64,000 nt of DNA from an uncultured Planctomycetota bacterium (GCA_963823665.1 CAWGMQ010000005.1:800001-864000); one strand, 5' to 3'; shown: positions 32,149-42,024, counted from the first letter of the stretch. Translations and numbers: made by a program. Notes: a model not told the origin generated them from the sequence alone.

Positions 32149-33306
32149 ATGGCGTATTTCACTCTCGAAGCACTTCAGGCCGAGCACGGTGACTCGTTGA
32201 TGCTCCATTTCGGAAAGGCCGCCAAGCCCGGCCTGATCGTCATCGATGGCGGCCCGAGCGGCGTCTACAACAAAACGCTCAAGGCCCGCCTCGCCGCGCT
32301 CAAGGCGGCCTACTCACCCGACGACAGCCTCGCCATTCCGCTCATGATGGTGAGCCACATCGACGACGATCACATTCATGGCATTCTCGACCTGCTCAAC
32401 GAGCTGGTCAAGGCTGACAAGCTCGGCAACCCGCTTCCTTATACCATCCGCACACTCTGGCATAATAGCTTCGAGGCGATCGTCGGCGACAGTGCCAAGA
32501 AGCTCTCGGCCTCGATCGACACCGCCTCTCTGCAAACCGCGTCCGCCGGCGATCCGGTGCCGGACCTGCCGCTAACGCACGGCGGTGCGCTCGTACTGGC
32601 CAGCGTGGCCCAGGGAAACAAAGTACGCGAGGCCGCCAAGGCCCTTGGCCTGAAGCTGAACAACCCGTTCACGGAGCTGGTGACGGCCCCCGCTCAAGGC
32701 GCCAAGGACGTGGATATGGGCGACGGACTCACGTTCACTGTCCTCGGCCCGAGCGGCCCCCGCGTTGACGCACTTAGAAAAGATTGGTTGGAGAAGATCG
32801 CGAAACCAAAGAAGGTTGATAAGGCGAAAGCCGCCGAGTTCGTCGACAACTCGGTCTACAACCTTTCGAGCATAGTGGTCCTGGCTCGCTCCGGTAAGCG
32901 CCGAATGCTCCTGACCGGTGACGGCCGCGGTGACTTCATGATCGAGAACCTAAAAACGGCAGGCCTGCTCGTTGGCGGCAAACTCAAGCTCGACTTGCTC
33001 AAGCTTCCCCACCATGGCAGCTCTCGCGACATCGCGGAGGAATTCTTCGAGACGATCGTCGCCGATCAGTACGTCATCTCGGCCAACGGCAAGTACGACA
33101 ACCCTGATCTCGAAACGCTGGAGCTGCTCACCAAGGTCCGCGGCAAGGACCCGTACACCATCCATCTGACCAACCCGATTCCGCACGCGCTCAAGTTCTT
33201 CGATCAGGACAAGGCCAAGAACAAGGGGCGGAAGTACAAGGTGGTCGTTCGCGAAAATAAGGCGCCGTCTGTGAAAGTCGAGCTCGCCGATGCGTTCCCG
33301 CATTGA
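32149..33306 (+). CDS. MBL-fold (ComEC/Rec2-like) metallo-hydrolase, putative nuclease
   Basis: GDS, IDGGP, SHIDDDHIHG, N-x-SSIV, LLTGD, KLPHHGS, ISANG; SD AAGGAG. Confidence 0.85.
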   Translation: MAYFTLEALQAEHGDSLMLHFGKAAKPGLIVIDGGPSGVYNKTLKARLAALKAAYSPDDSLAIPLMMVSHIDDDHIHGILDLLNELVKADKLGNPLPYTIRTLWHNSFEAIVGDSAKKLSASIDTASLQTASAGDPVPDLPLTHGGALVLASVAQGNKVREAAKALGLKLNNPFTELVTAPAQGAKDVDMGDGLTFTVLGPSGPRVDALRKDWLEKIAKPKKVDKAKAAEFVDNSVYNLSSIVVLARSGKRRMLLTGDGRGDFMIENLKTAGLLVGGKLKLDLLKLPHHGSSRDIAEEFFETIVADQYVISANGKYDNPDLETLELLTKVRGKDPYTIHLTNPIPHALKFFDQDKAKNKGRKYKVVVRENKAPSVKVELADAFPH

Positions 33307-33356
33307 GGCTGGATCTCAGAGCGCGGAACGTCCCGAGCGTGCACTTGATCAATCAG

Positions 33357-33426
33357 CAGGGGCGCAAGGATTTGAACCCTGTCCGCGAGTTTTGGAGGCT
33401 CGCTGCTCTCCCAGGAGCACGCCCCT
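33357..33426 (-). tRNA. tRNA-Trp(CCA), shortened D arm
   Basis: acceptor AGGGGCG/CGCCCCU + G73; D arm GCUC-CUGGGA-GAGC; anticodon loop CUCCAAA; T arm CAGGG-UUCAAAU-CCUUG. Confidence 0.8.
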
Positions 33427-33472
33427 GTCGTTCGGTCAGTCAGGAAAAGCAAAGCAGCCGGCGGGCGGGCGA

Positions 33473-34075
33473 TCATGCCATCGCCATCGCCGGCTCGTGC
33501 TTCAGGAACCGAGACCAGCTCTCAATCGGCGCATGCCCGGCCGCGTAGAACGGCTTCCACTCTGGCCGGACCGGCCGGCGCTTCAGACGCATCCCGGCTT
33601 GCTCGGGCGTGCGGTCGCCCTTCCTTGTGTTGCACTCCAGGCAGGCGGCGGCGCAGTTCGTCCAGTTCGTCAATCCGCCCTGCGAGCGCGGCAGGATGTG
33701 GTCGATCGTGATCGAATCGGCCCCCGGCTGCGCTCCGCAGTACTGGCAGACGTAATGATCACGCTTGGCCACGTTTCGCCGGCTGAACGTCACCGAAGTG
33801 CCGGGTAGCCGATCGAAATGCGCCAGGCAGATCACTTCCGGCACCTTGAGCCGCAGCCTGGCCGAGCGGATGCACGGAGCATCGTCGTCCGGCTCGAGCT
33901 GAACCCAGTCGTCCCACGAGAAGAGCCGGTAGTCCTCCGTGTCGACCACCCGGGCCGCGTCAGTACAAAGCAGGACCACCGCCCGGGCCACGCTCGCAAC
34001 GTGGACCGGCTGCCATTGCCGGTTCAAGACCAGCGTCGGTTGGGCCAAAACGTCAGTCGCCATCGTTGCCTCCAT
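33473..34075 (-). CDS. HNH endonuclease (McrA-like) inside the tRNA array
   Basis: LVLN, FSRRNV-x-x-RD-x-x-x-CQYCG, TIDHILPRSQGG, W-x-NC-x-x-AC-x-x-CN-x-x-KG-x-RTP-x-x-AGM. Confidence 0.9.
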   Translation of the reverse strand: MEATMATDVLAQPTLVLNRQWQPVHVASVARAVVLLCTDAARVVDTEDYRLFSWDDWVQLEPDDDAPCIRSARLRLKVPEVICLAHFDRLPGTSVTFSRRNVAKRDHYVCQYCGAQPGADSITIDHILPRSQGGLTNWTNCAAACLECNTRKGDRTPEQAGMRLKRRPVRPEWKPFYAAGHAPIESWSRFLKHEPAMAMA

Positions 34076-34091
34076 CCTGACGAAAACAGAG

Positions 34092-34164
34092 GGTGCCCGG
34101 CGGGAGTTGAACCCGGCGCCTTGAGACTCACAATCTCACATGCTTCCGTTACACCACGGGTACC
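34092..34164 (-). tRNA. tRNA-His(GUG)
   Basis: encoded G-1:C73; anticodon arm UGAGA-UUGUGAG-UCUCA; one acceptor mismatch and one extra C in the T stem. Confidence 0.8.
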
Positions 34165-34207
34165 ATCTCTCAATACGACCGCTTTCCTCGAGTCGTTCAC
34201 CCGAGAG

Positions 34208-34291
34208 CGGAAGGGGCGGGAGTCGAACCCGCAAGGCTCATCGCTCACCCGCGTTCCAGGCGGGCCCCGTCACCTTTCGGGTGGCCCTTCC
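34208..34291 (-). tRNA. tRNA-Ser(GGA)
   Basis: acceptor GGAAGGG/CCCUUCC + G73; anticodon arm CCCGC-CUGGAAC-GCGGG; long variable arm; C at position 8. Confidence 0.85.
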
Positions 34292-34357
34292 GAAGAAATG
34301 GATGCACATCGGGCCGCGGAGGTTCGCCCTGCGGATCACCGAAGTTCGACAGCGACC

Positions 34358-35116
34358 TCAGCCGCGAGATCGCAATCCCTCGAGCAGCCGCTTCGCCGCG
34401 CCGGCCAGGAAGAGCGTATCGACCCCGGCCGCGATCAGCGTGTAGCCCCGTTCGATGTACGGCCGGATTGCTTCAGCCGAGACGCCAAAGTACCCGAGCG
34501 GCATTCCGGCGCTTTGACATGCCCTGGTTACATGCTCGATCGCGCTCGTCACGACGGGATCGTCGATCTGGCCCATCTTTCCCAGGCTGGACGCAAGATC
34601 GTAGGGACCGATCAGGATCGCGTCGATCCCCTCAACCTTCACGATCGATTCAATGTTCTCTACGGCGCGCACATGCTCAGCCTGGACGATCACCGCGATT
34701 CGGTCGTTTGCTGTCCCCAGGTACTGCCCAAAACGCATGCCGTAGCCGTGGGCCCGCGAAAGACCCACGCCGCGCGAGCCCAGAGGGGAATATCGCGCGA
34801 ATCGCACGACGCTCGAGGCTTGTTCGACCGTATTGACCTGAGGGACGATGATCCCCTCGGCCCCTTGGTCCAGGATCTTCTTGATCGGACCTTCGTCCGA
34901 ACCCGGCACGCGGACAATGCACGCAATCCGGTCACCCACCGCCTGAAGCATCGCCAGAATCTCGGCGGTTTCGAGGGGCCCATGCTCGCCGTCGATGAAG
35001 AGCCAGTCAAAACCGAGATCGGCGAGGATTTCCGCGATAGCGGCCAAGGGTAGCGTGACCATGCTGCCCAGCAGGGTTTCACCGGCTTTCAGTCGTTTGC
35101 GAAAAGTGCCAAGCAT
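34358..35116 (-). CDS. HpcH/HpaI aldolase family protein
   Basis: GFDWLFIDGEH, IKKILDQGAEGIIVPQV, Y-x-P-x-G-x-RG, IGPYDL. Confidence 0.88.
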   Translation of the reverse strand: MLGTFRKRLKAGETLLGSMVTLPLAAIAEILADLGFDWLFIDGEHGPLETAEILAMLQAVGDRIACIVRVPGSDEGPIKKILDQGAEGIIVPQVNTVEQASSVVRFARYSPLGSRGVGLSRAHGYGMRFGQYLGTANDRIAVIVQAEHVRAVENIESIVKVEGIDAILIGPYDLASSLGKMGQIDDPVVTSAIEHVTRACQSAGMPLGYFGVSAEAIRPYIERGYTLIAAGVDTLFLAGAAKRLLEGLRSRG

Positions 35117-35215
35117 TCGCGTTTGCGTCCCCTTTGCTCGAGAGATGGACCCACGGAGTATGGACTGCCCACGGAGGCGATTCAAGGCGTCTGTGTCGAA
35201 CCGCAGAACAATCGA

Positions 35216-36033
35216 TTAGCGGGCAGACGCGAGCAACCCGGCCGGTTTTGCGGCTGTCGCGAAATAACGATGCGGCGTGGTCCCCAGCGTGCGCTTGAAC
35301 ATCGCGATGAAGGCGCTCGGGCTGTCATAGCCAACTTCGAGCGCGACAGCCGTGACCGGCCGCCCGGCCGCCAGCAATTGCATGGCTTGCAACAGCCGAA
35401 GCTGTTGCCGCCACCTGCCGAACGTCATACCGGTTTCTTGCAGAAACAGACGCTCGAGCGTCCTGGCGCTCGTGCAGGCCTGCCTGGCCACGGATCTGAT
35501 GGGGCCCTGGTCCGCGGGGTGCGCCCGCAGCCATGCGACTGCGCGCTGGCGCGCTCATCCGCGGGCAAGGGAAGCTGCAGGGCGATGGCGGGCAGTACGC
35601 TCAGTTGATCGATCAGGAATCCGATCAGCCGGGCCCGCGACGGGACGGTCACGTCCAGATTTCCCAGCTTTACCGAATGCACGATCAATTCCCGGAGGAG
35701 CGGGGAAACATTTACGGCGCAGCAGTCGCGGGGCAATTCGTCGGAAATGCCGACGGCAAGATAAACCGTCTGCACCAGCACCTTGGCGGTCAGCTCGATA
35801 CCGTGCTCAACCCCGGCGGGAACCCAGACCGCGCGATTGGGTGGCACCACCCAGTCGCCTTGTGCCGTGTGCACCCACATCACGCCCTCGCTGGCGTAGA
35901 TCAATTGATGCCAGTCGTGCGCATGCGACGCGATCACGTGATCGTGGAAATGCCGGACCGAAAAGGTGCGAACAACGATCGGGCTCCCTCTGTCGTTTTT
36001 CACCGGGCCGACTGTTTGGCGTTTTTTCGACAT
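35216..36033 (-). CDS. AraC-family regulator (frameshift ~35545)
   Basis: H-x-H-x-WHQLIYA cupin domain; RTLERLF, WRQQLRL, GYDSPSAFIAMFKR-x-x-G-x-TP. Confidence 0.85.
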
Positions 36034-36128
36034 AAACTGGCATTCTATCGAGAGACGCGCGGCCGCTCAACCGGTTAAGATTGCGGGCGGCGGTCGAGAA
36101 AACGCTCAAGAAACCGAAACTTGGGACC

Positions 36129-36523
36129 ATGAGTATGTCGAACAACATCGCGTTCTTCTCCGTGCACGCCGATGATCTGGCGCGGCGCAGAAGTTCTACG
36201 GAACCGTCTTCGGATGGAAGTTCGAGCCCTGGGGCCCGCCGGGCTTCTTCCTGGTTGCCACCGGCGCCCAGAACGACCCGGGAATCCAGGGCTCGATGCA
36301 GAAGCGCCAGGAGGTCGTGCCGGGCAAGCGTCTCTTTGGCTTTGAATGCACCATTGCGGTCGACGACATCGACGCGGCGACGGCCGCCGTGGTCGCTAAC
36401 GGTGGAACGATCATCTTTCCAAAATTTGAGATTCCAACAGTGGGATGGATCGCCAAGATCGAGGATCCTGAGGGCAATATCCTCTGCATGAAGCAGCTGG
36501 CGCCCGAGCATTCCCAGACGTAG
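36129..36523 (+). CDS. VOC/glyoxalase family protein (frameshift ~36185)
   Basis: ADDL-x-RA-x-KFY-x-x-VFGW; VDDID; DPEGN; divergent from the AraC gene. Confidence 0.8.
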
Positions 36524-36584
36524 GCTGATTTCAGCGGGCGGCAAGTTTAGAAATCGATATTCGCTATTTCCGCGGAGGTGGGCC

Positions 36585-37433
36585 GTGTTGCTGTCTTTTT
36601 GGCTCTTACCGGTTGCCTGTGTTTTCGTCGGTCCTCAGAAGAATCCAGACGCTGCCACCGAGGAGCACGCTCGGTTTGAGGGTGTCTGGCAGTTCGCGGC
36701 GGTCGAGGTCGAGGGCAAGAAGCAGCCCGACGCACCGTTCGCGACCAACAGAATCATCATCCACGCAGATGGCTCGTACGTCGTTGTTCAAGGCTCGCGG
36801 ATCACGCGGGGCCAATTCAAGGTTGACCCGACGAAGTCACCAAAGCACTTCGATGTCACCATCACCGACGGCCCGGCGAAGGGCCAGACGTTCGCGGCGA
36901 TTTATGAGCTCGAGGGCGATACCTACCAGTTTTGCGGGTCCCTCCGCAGTAAGGACCGGCCATCGGACCTATCGTCGAAACCGGGTAGCGGCACGATTCT
37001 TCAAACTCTGAAACGCGAAAAATTGTCCGTGAAGCAGGCCCTCTCCGAGCTGGGCCGCCAGGAATTGACCGGAACCTGGGAGCCAGTCTCGAAGATTAAC
37101 GACGGGAAAAAAGAACCCGACGATCGGGCAAAGCTTGTTATTGACTCAAGTGGCGAGGCCAAGCTTCTTGTTGGAGACCTGGACGTGCGGCGTGGCATGA
37201 CGGATATCGACCCGATGGCAAAGCCGATGACCATCGACATGATCTGGAAGACCGCCGACCGCGAGGGCAACAAGACCCGCGGCATCTACAAGGTCGAAGG
37301 AGACCGACTGACCATCTGTTTCGCGGCCATCGGCAAGGAACGACCAAAAGAATTCTCATCCGAGCCTGGGTCTGGCAATGAGCTCGTGACGTACGAGCGA
37401 GCGAAGATTACAGAGCGAAAGAAGGAACGCTGA
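36585..37433 (+). CDS. TIGR03067-domain protein (two domains)
   Basis: two copies of G-x-W...DP-x-x-x-P-x-x-x-D...IY-x-x-EGD-x-x-x-x-C...RP. Confidence 0.8.
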   Translation: MLLSFWLLPVACVFVGPQKNPDAATEEHARFEGVWQFAAVEVEGKKQPDAPFATNRIIIHADGSYVVVQGSRITRGQFKVDPTKSPKHFDVTITDGPAKGQTFAAIYELEGDTYQFCGSLRSKDRPSDLSSKPGSGTILQTLKREKLSVKQALSELGRQELTGTWEPVSKINDGKKEPDDRAKLVIDSSGEAKLLVGDLDVRRGMTDIDPMAKPMTIDMIWKTADREGNKTRGIYKVEGDRLTICFAAIGKERPKEFSSEPGSGNELVTYERAKITERKKER

Positions 37434-37480
37434 CGAGCGGCGCGGTGGCGCGAATCGTCAGGCTAAAGCCTGACCTACGA

Positions 37481-38860
37481 TCATCGTCCTTCCAGAGCCC
37501 GTAGCCGTCCGGAGGGCACGGCCTCGGCCCTGAGGTCGCCGTAGATCACCTCGTAGCTGCCGTCGGGCAGCTTCCAGCGGAGGAGGACCTTGTCCTTGTC
37601 GCCGGGCCCAACCGCCTTGCCGTAGTACGCGGCGTCGGCGTTGTCGCGGAGGATGGAGTTGATCGTGGCAAAGCCCCAGGTTGCGTCGTTAACCTCCTTG
37701 ACGCGGGCGTCCTTGAAGTCGGCTTCCGTACGCGGCGGATAGGGCGCGCCACTGAGCTTCGCGAGCTCGTCGCGGGTGACATCGCCGTAAAGCATCTTCA
37801 CCCGGGGATAATGCCCGCCGCTGTACTTGGCGTAGAGCCTGAGCCCGTCGTTGATCTTCCGGACCTGGTCATCGACCGGCGATGCCGGCGGCACGAACTC
37901 GGCGTATCCTTCCGGCGGCGATGGATCGAAGAGCTTGGGGTCCAGGTCGACGTTCCATCGGAAATTCGTCATCCGGATCGTGGCCGGAACGCCGGACGTG
38001 TTCATCTCGTAGCGGATGGAGACGGGCAAGTTGGACTGGGCGTCGACCCAGATTTCCATGAGGCCGGAATAGACGTCGGGGTCGATCTTCCGGGCCTGAA
38101 TCGCGAACCCCTTGGCGGTCTTGCCATCGATTTCCTTGGTGCCCAGGACGCGGTCGGCCTGGCCGGAGAAAGTGCTCAATTTATCAATCATCATCAGGGA
38201 CGAGATCTGACCTAGCCGCGCGGGCTGCCGCGTGTACTTCTTGGCCTTGCGGTCGATCTCGATCCCGGGCTTGCCGGCCGGGAAGATCATCAGGGAATCC
38301 AGCCCCGGTATGGCGCCGCCCCCCGTGGTTTCGGTCCGGTACGATCCTGGCGCGACCCACGAGAACTTGCCGTTCATCTCGGTCTTGGCCGGGGGCTTAC
38401 CGGGCTCGTGCGCCAGGCTCAACTCCATGGTCATCGTGTACTCGTACGATCGGGCCTGGCGAATCGTCTCGGCAAGGCCGTCCATCGCAAATGCAGGATT
38501 GGGGGCTGTTCCAATCCAGATCACGGCGGCCGCCACGATGATCATCGCCGACGCCGCCCCTCCCACAACAAATCGCTGCTTCATGGTCAGGTCTCCGATC
38601 CAGGGGATTCCCAGTTTCCACCGCCCGAACGATCTTGGTCGAGGATGTACCTTTGGCAGGCTGGCCAGCAGTCGCGCACGCGCCTGGTCGTGCCCGTGGT
38701 CGAACGCCTCGTGGCCCTCGCCCAGTTGACAAACCAGCGACCGCATCGACTCGAGCGCTGCCTGACACTGGATACAGCCGCGGAGATGTGCGGACGAGAC
38801 CGGGTCGCTTTCCAATCCCAGCGCGATTCTCGCCAGGTGTTCTGGGGACAGGCACGGCAT
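37481..38860 (-). CDS. Putative anti-sigma factor (zf-HC2-like N-terminus, TM segment, LolA-like domain)
   Basis: HL-x-x-C-x-x-C, hydrophobic segment, W-x-D...LP...F-x-WN...LF; directly downstream of an ECF sigma. Confidence 0.7.
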   Translation of the reverse strand: MPCLSPEHLARIALGLESDPVSSAHLRGCIQCQAALESMRSLVCQLGEGHEAFDHGHDQARARLLASLPKVHPRPRSFGRWKLGIPWIGDLTMKQRFVVGGAASAMIIVAAAVIWIGTAPNPAFAMDGLAETIRQARSYEYTMTMELSLAHEPGKPPAKTEMNGKFSWVAPGSYRTETTGGGAIPGLDSLMIFPAGKPGIEIDRKAKKYTRQPARLGQISSLMMIDKLSTFSGQADRVLGTKEIDGKTAKGFAIQARKIDPDVYSGLMEIWVDAQSNLPVSIRYEMNTSGVPATIRMTNFRWNVDLDPKLFDPSPPEGYAEFVPPASPVDDQVRKINDGLRLYAKYSGGHYPRVKMLYGDVTRDELAKLSGAPYPPRTEADFKDARVKEVNDATWGFATINSILRDNADAAYYGKAVGPGDKDKVLLRWKLPDGSYEVIYGDLRAEAVPSGRLRALEGR

Positions 38861-38863
38861 GGG

Positions 38864-39466
38864 TCACACCTCCTTTCCCGCGTTCGGGCAGAACTGTACG
38901 GCCAGCCGCGCCAAGGCGCGCTCCAGGACCGCATAGACGCCCGACCGCGAAAGTCCAAGGACCTCGGCGGCTCGCGGGGCGCTTTGCTCCTGAAGGAAGA
39001 AGGCGTGGATTGCCAGCCGTTCTCGTTCGGGAAGCTCCCCGACCAGTCGCATGAGGATCTCAACCTCCTCCGCGGTCTCGACCGCGGCGCTGGGATTGGC
39101 CTTGTCTTCCGCCTGGAGCGAATCGTTGGCGACGAACCGATGCCGCTCGCGCCGGACCTTCCGCCGGTGCTCTCGAGCCACCAGCCGTGCGATGCCGACA
39201 AGCCACGCCCCGAACCGATCGGGCTGCCGCAGCCGCCCGAGGTCCCGGTACGCCCGCAGGAAACACTCCTGGGTCAGGTCGCTGGTGCTCGGGGAGCTTG
39301 CCGACACCCGGTGCACGACGGCCCGGACCAGGCGTGCGTAGCGGTCGTAGAGGCAGCCGAACGCGTCGGCGTCGCCGGAGCGAATTCGCGCCACCAGTTC
39401 CACATCAGGAGGTTGGTTGGTCCGCAACATCAGAAGACTAGTGACCGCAGGCGGAGGATTGTCCAC
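38864..39466 (-). CDS. ECF sigma factor
   Basis: AF-x-x-LYDRY, DLTQECFLRAY, F-x-AWL-x-x-IAR, LPERER. Confidence 0.85.
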   Translation of the reverse strand: MDNPPPAVTSLLMLRTNQPPDVELVARIRSGDADAFGCLYDRYARLVRAVVHRVSASSPSTSDLTQECFLRAYRDLGRLRQPDRFGAWLVGIARLVAREHRRKVRRERHRFVANDSLQAEDKANPSAAVETAEEVEILMRLVGELPERERLAIHAFFLQEQSAPRAAEVLGLSRSGVYAVLERALARLAVQFCPNAGKEV

Positions 39467-39670
39467 TACCCATCGTTCGATTATGGTCGTTTGCCGTCGG
39501 AAAGCCCGGCCTCTCGCGTTGAGCGCGAAATGGGGGCTTCAGGAAAACGGCCGACCATCCCTGAAGGGAATGGCGCCGTGGCCAGGGCCTTGTCCGGTGG
39601 GCTGAGGAGCCACGGGCAGCGCGTCTCCGCAACGGAGCGAGCGATTAGGGTAGAGGCCATGGACACCGTT

Positions 39671-40020
39671 AGGCGAGCGGCAGGAATTAGTTTACCTTCC
39701 GCTGAGTGAGTCGCGGTTTGATTTTGGTGTCGTAGTGCGATAGAGCGGCCGATCGTTCCAATCGTGCTTCGACCTGTTTCATCTCCTTGGCGGGGACCCG
39801 CACGCCGTCGGGATACTCACCGTGCAGGCGCTTGACTGTTGGGTGTTGACCCCTCCAGGTCATGCGCAGCGCGCGTTGCAGAACCACCTTCAGGCAGTTG
39901 AGTATCACACCGTTCCATTTCTTCTCCAGTGCCGACCAGCAGCGTTCGATCGGATTGTACTTGCTGTGGTAGGGCGGATAGTACACCAAGCGCAACTCCA
40001 ACCCGGCCCAGGAGGCGACG
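39671..40020 (-). mobile_element. ISAzo13-family transposase 3' fragment with probable element end
   Basis: YYPPYHSKYNPIERCW...WNG, Y-x-x-GV-x-V; the 5' two-thirds of the gene is absent. Confidence 0.75.
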
Positions 40021-40142
40021 TCCGGTATGACTGGGAATGGAGCAACGGGGTCAACCAAGAAAGGGAATTCTCCGCAAAAGTTGTACTGACGACCCGGCTC
40101 CGAGACACTACTGACAAAGAGCAGCCATCTCTGGAGCGGCAC

Positions 40143-41807
40143 ATGCGTATATCAGGCCGAGAGTCGGGTGTCCTCACACATGATTTTCGGATGCTGTTTG
40201 GCGTCGGGACATCCGCCGGGTTGACTGACGCGCAATTGTTGAGGCAGTTCGCATCGAATCGCGATCCTGGAGCTCAGGCGGCCTTCGCCGCTCTGGTCGC
40301 GCGGCATGGGCCGATGGTATTGCGTGTATGCGGCACGACCTTGCGCGATCGGACCGACATCGAGGATGCCTTCCAGGCAACCTTCCTCGTCCTGGCCCGC
40401 AAGGCCCGCTCGATCCGCGAGCCTGCTTCCGTTGGTAGTTGGCTCTTTGGGGTGGCTCTTCGCACTGCGTCCAACGCGAGGTTGGCCGCGATTCGCCGGC
40501 GAAGACACGAGCGACAGTGGGCCGCGGCGGCAGCGACGCGGCGGGCCGAAGAAGATGGCGACGATTTCGCGTCAGCACTGTGGGAAGAAGTGGACCGGCT
40601 AGCGGAAAAATACCGAGCACCGGTCGTGCTTTGTTACCTGGAGGGCCTGACGCATGAAGCGGCGGCTCGTCATCTCGGGTGGCCGGTCGGAACTGTCGAA
40701 GGCCGTCTGGCACGGGCACGCGGCGTACTTCGGTCGCGGCTAACCCGGCGCGGCCTGGCACCGGCAATCGGGCTGCTAGGCACGTCCACCTCCGCTCAAG
40801 CAACGCCGACGGCGATCCCGGGCGTGACCGGGGATTCCATGGCCAGACTCGCGATGTTCTTTATCGATGGAAGGACCGTCGCACGTGATCTGGTCCCAAT
40901 CCGGCCGGCCGCACTCGCCAAACAGGTCCTGGGGACCATGTTTCCCACTGTGATCAAGACAGCCGTGACCGTCGTGATGATGGTCATTCTGACAGCGCTC
41001 TGCGCGGGGGCACTCAGTCTTGCGGTTGACGATCCGCGGCCGCTGGGTCAACAAGGAAAAGAAAAGCCAAATACCGCGCCGGCCCCAGCGCAGAACCTTC
41101 GCGTCTTATTCCTCATGAGCAATCAGACCACCTGGGATTACAGGTTTTTCAGGCGGGCGATCACGAATGTCCCCAATATTCAGTGCGAGGCGATCGTGAT
41201 ACGCGAGCCGGCTCGAGAGGGGAAAAACGAAGTCGACGACAAGGAATTCCGTCCCGGGCGATATGACGTTTACATTTTCAACGACATGCCTGCTGCTGCT
41301 TTGCCCCACCGACAACAAGAATTGCTGGTTGCCGCCGTCGAGCGAGGGGCGGGGATGATCATGTTGGGAGGAGAATCCAGCTTCGGCGCTGGCGGTTGGG
41401 CTCAAACGAAGGTTGCTGGCATCTTGCCGACCGAGATTCGGCCTGATGACGGAATGACCAAACAAGGGAATGGCCTGAAACTTATGCTCACGGAGGCGGG
41501 GCAAAAAAGTTGGCTCCTCCAACTCGGCCCCACCGAGGCCGATACGATCAGGCTCTGGGACAAATTACCGCCGTTTCCCTACGTGAACCAGCTTGGACGT
41601 CCCAAAGTAAGGGCTCAGGTTCTGGCCCGAACGACCGGCGGCGAGCCACTTCTGGTGGCCCAGGCCGTCGGGAAAGGTCGCGTATTGGCCTGTGCTGGAG
41701 AGACCTGGATGTGGGCCCGCTCCTCGGATGAAGCTCGATCGATACATCGCAAGTTCTGGGAGAGGGCACTTGCCTGGACCGGCAGTAGCCATATTTCGCC
41801 CGACTGA
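40143..41807 (+). CDS. Planctomycete-type ECF sigma factor with TM segment and C-terminal GATase-like domain
   Basis: LTDAQLL, AF-x-x-LVARHGPMVL-x-VC, EDAFQATFLVL, CYLEG, GWPVGTV; C-terminus YDV-x-I-x-x-D, G-x-IMLGG-x-x-SFG-x-GGW, G-x-GRV. Confidence 0.85.
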   Translation: MRISGRESGVLTHDFRMLFGVGTSAGLTDAQLLRQFASNRDPGAQAAFAALVARHGPMVLRVCGTTLRDRTDIEDAFQATFLVLARKARSIREPASVGSWLFGVALRTASNARLAAIRRRRHERQWAAAAATRRAEEDGDDFASALWEEVDRLAEKYRAPVVLCYLEGLTHEAAARHLGWPVGTVEGRLARARGVLRSRLTRRGLAPAIGLLGTSTSAQATPTAIPGVTGDSMARLAMFFIDGRTVARDLVPIRPAALAKQVLGTMFPTVIKTAVTVVMMVILTALCAGALSLAVDDPRPLGQQGKEKPNTAPAPAQNLRVLFLMSNQTTWDYRFFRRAITNVPNIQCEAIVIREPAREGKNEVDDKEFRPGRYDVYIFNDMPAAALPHRQQELLVAAVERGAGMIMLGGESSFGAGGWAQTKVAGILPTEIRPDDGMTKQGNGLKLMLTEAGQKSWLLQLGPTEADTIRLWDKLPPFPYVNQLGRPKVRAQVLARTTGGEPLLVAQAVGKGRVLACAGETWMWARSSDEARSIHRKFWERALAWTGSSHISPD

Positions 41808-42024
41808 GTGTGCGGCTTGCCTCGCCGATCCGGCGCCGGCGATTTGTTGACGAGCTCGACTGACTTCTCGATCAGGATTTCGCCCGTCAGCTCGCCGAGC
41901 GATGTTCGCGAGACTTACGTCGTACTTGAAGAACGCGCTAAGCCAACCGATGCGACCCGTGAAACAGGCGCCTGCCGCACCCACGGATGGGGCACGGCTG
42001 GCGTCTTGGGTTAACTGGTTAAGC

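Noticed and set aside
33818..35053. 411 aa plus-strand ORF and similar long overlapping ORFs (e.g. 38408-39709)
   Set aside because: Antisense to well-supported genes or tRNAs; typical high-GC shadow ORFs.
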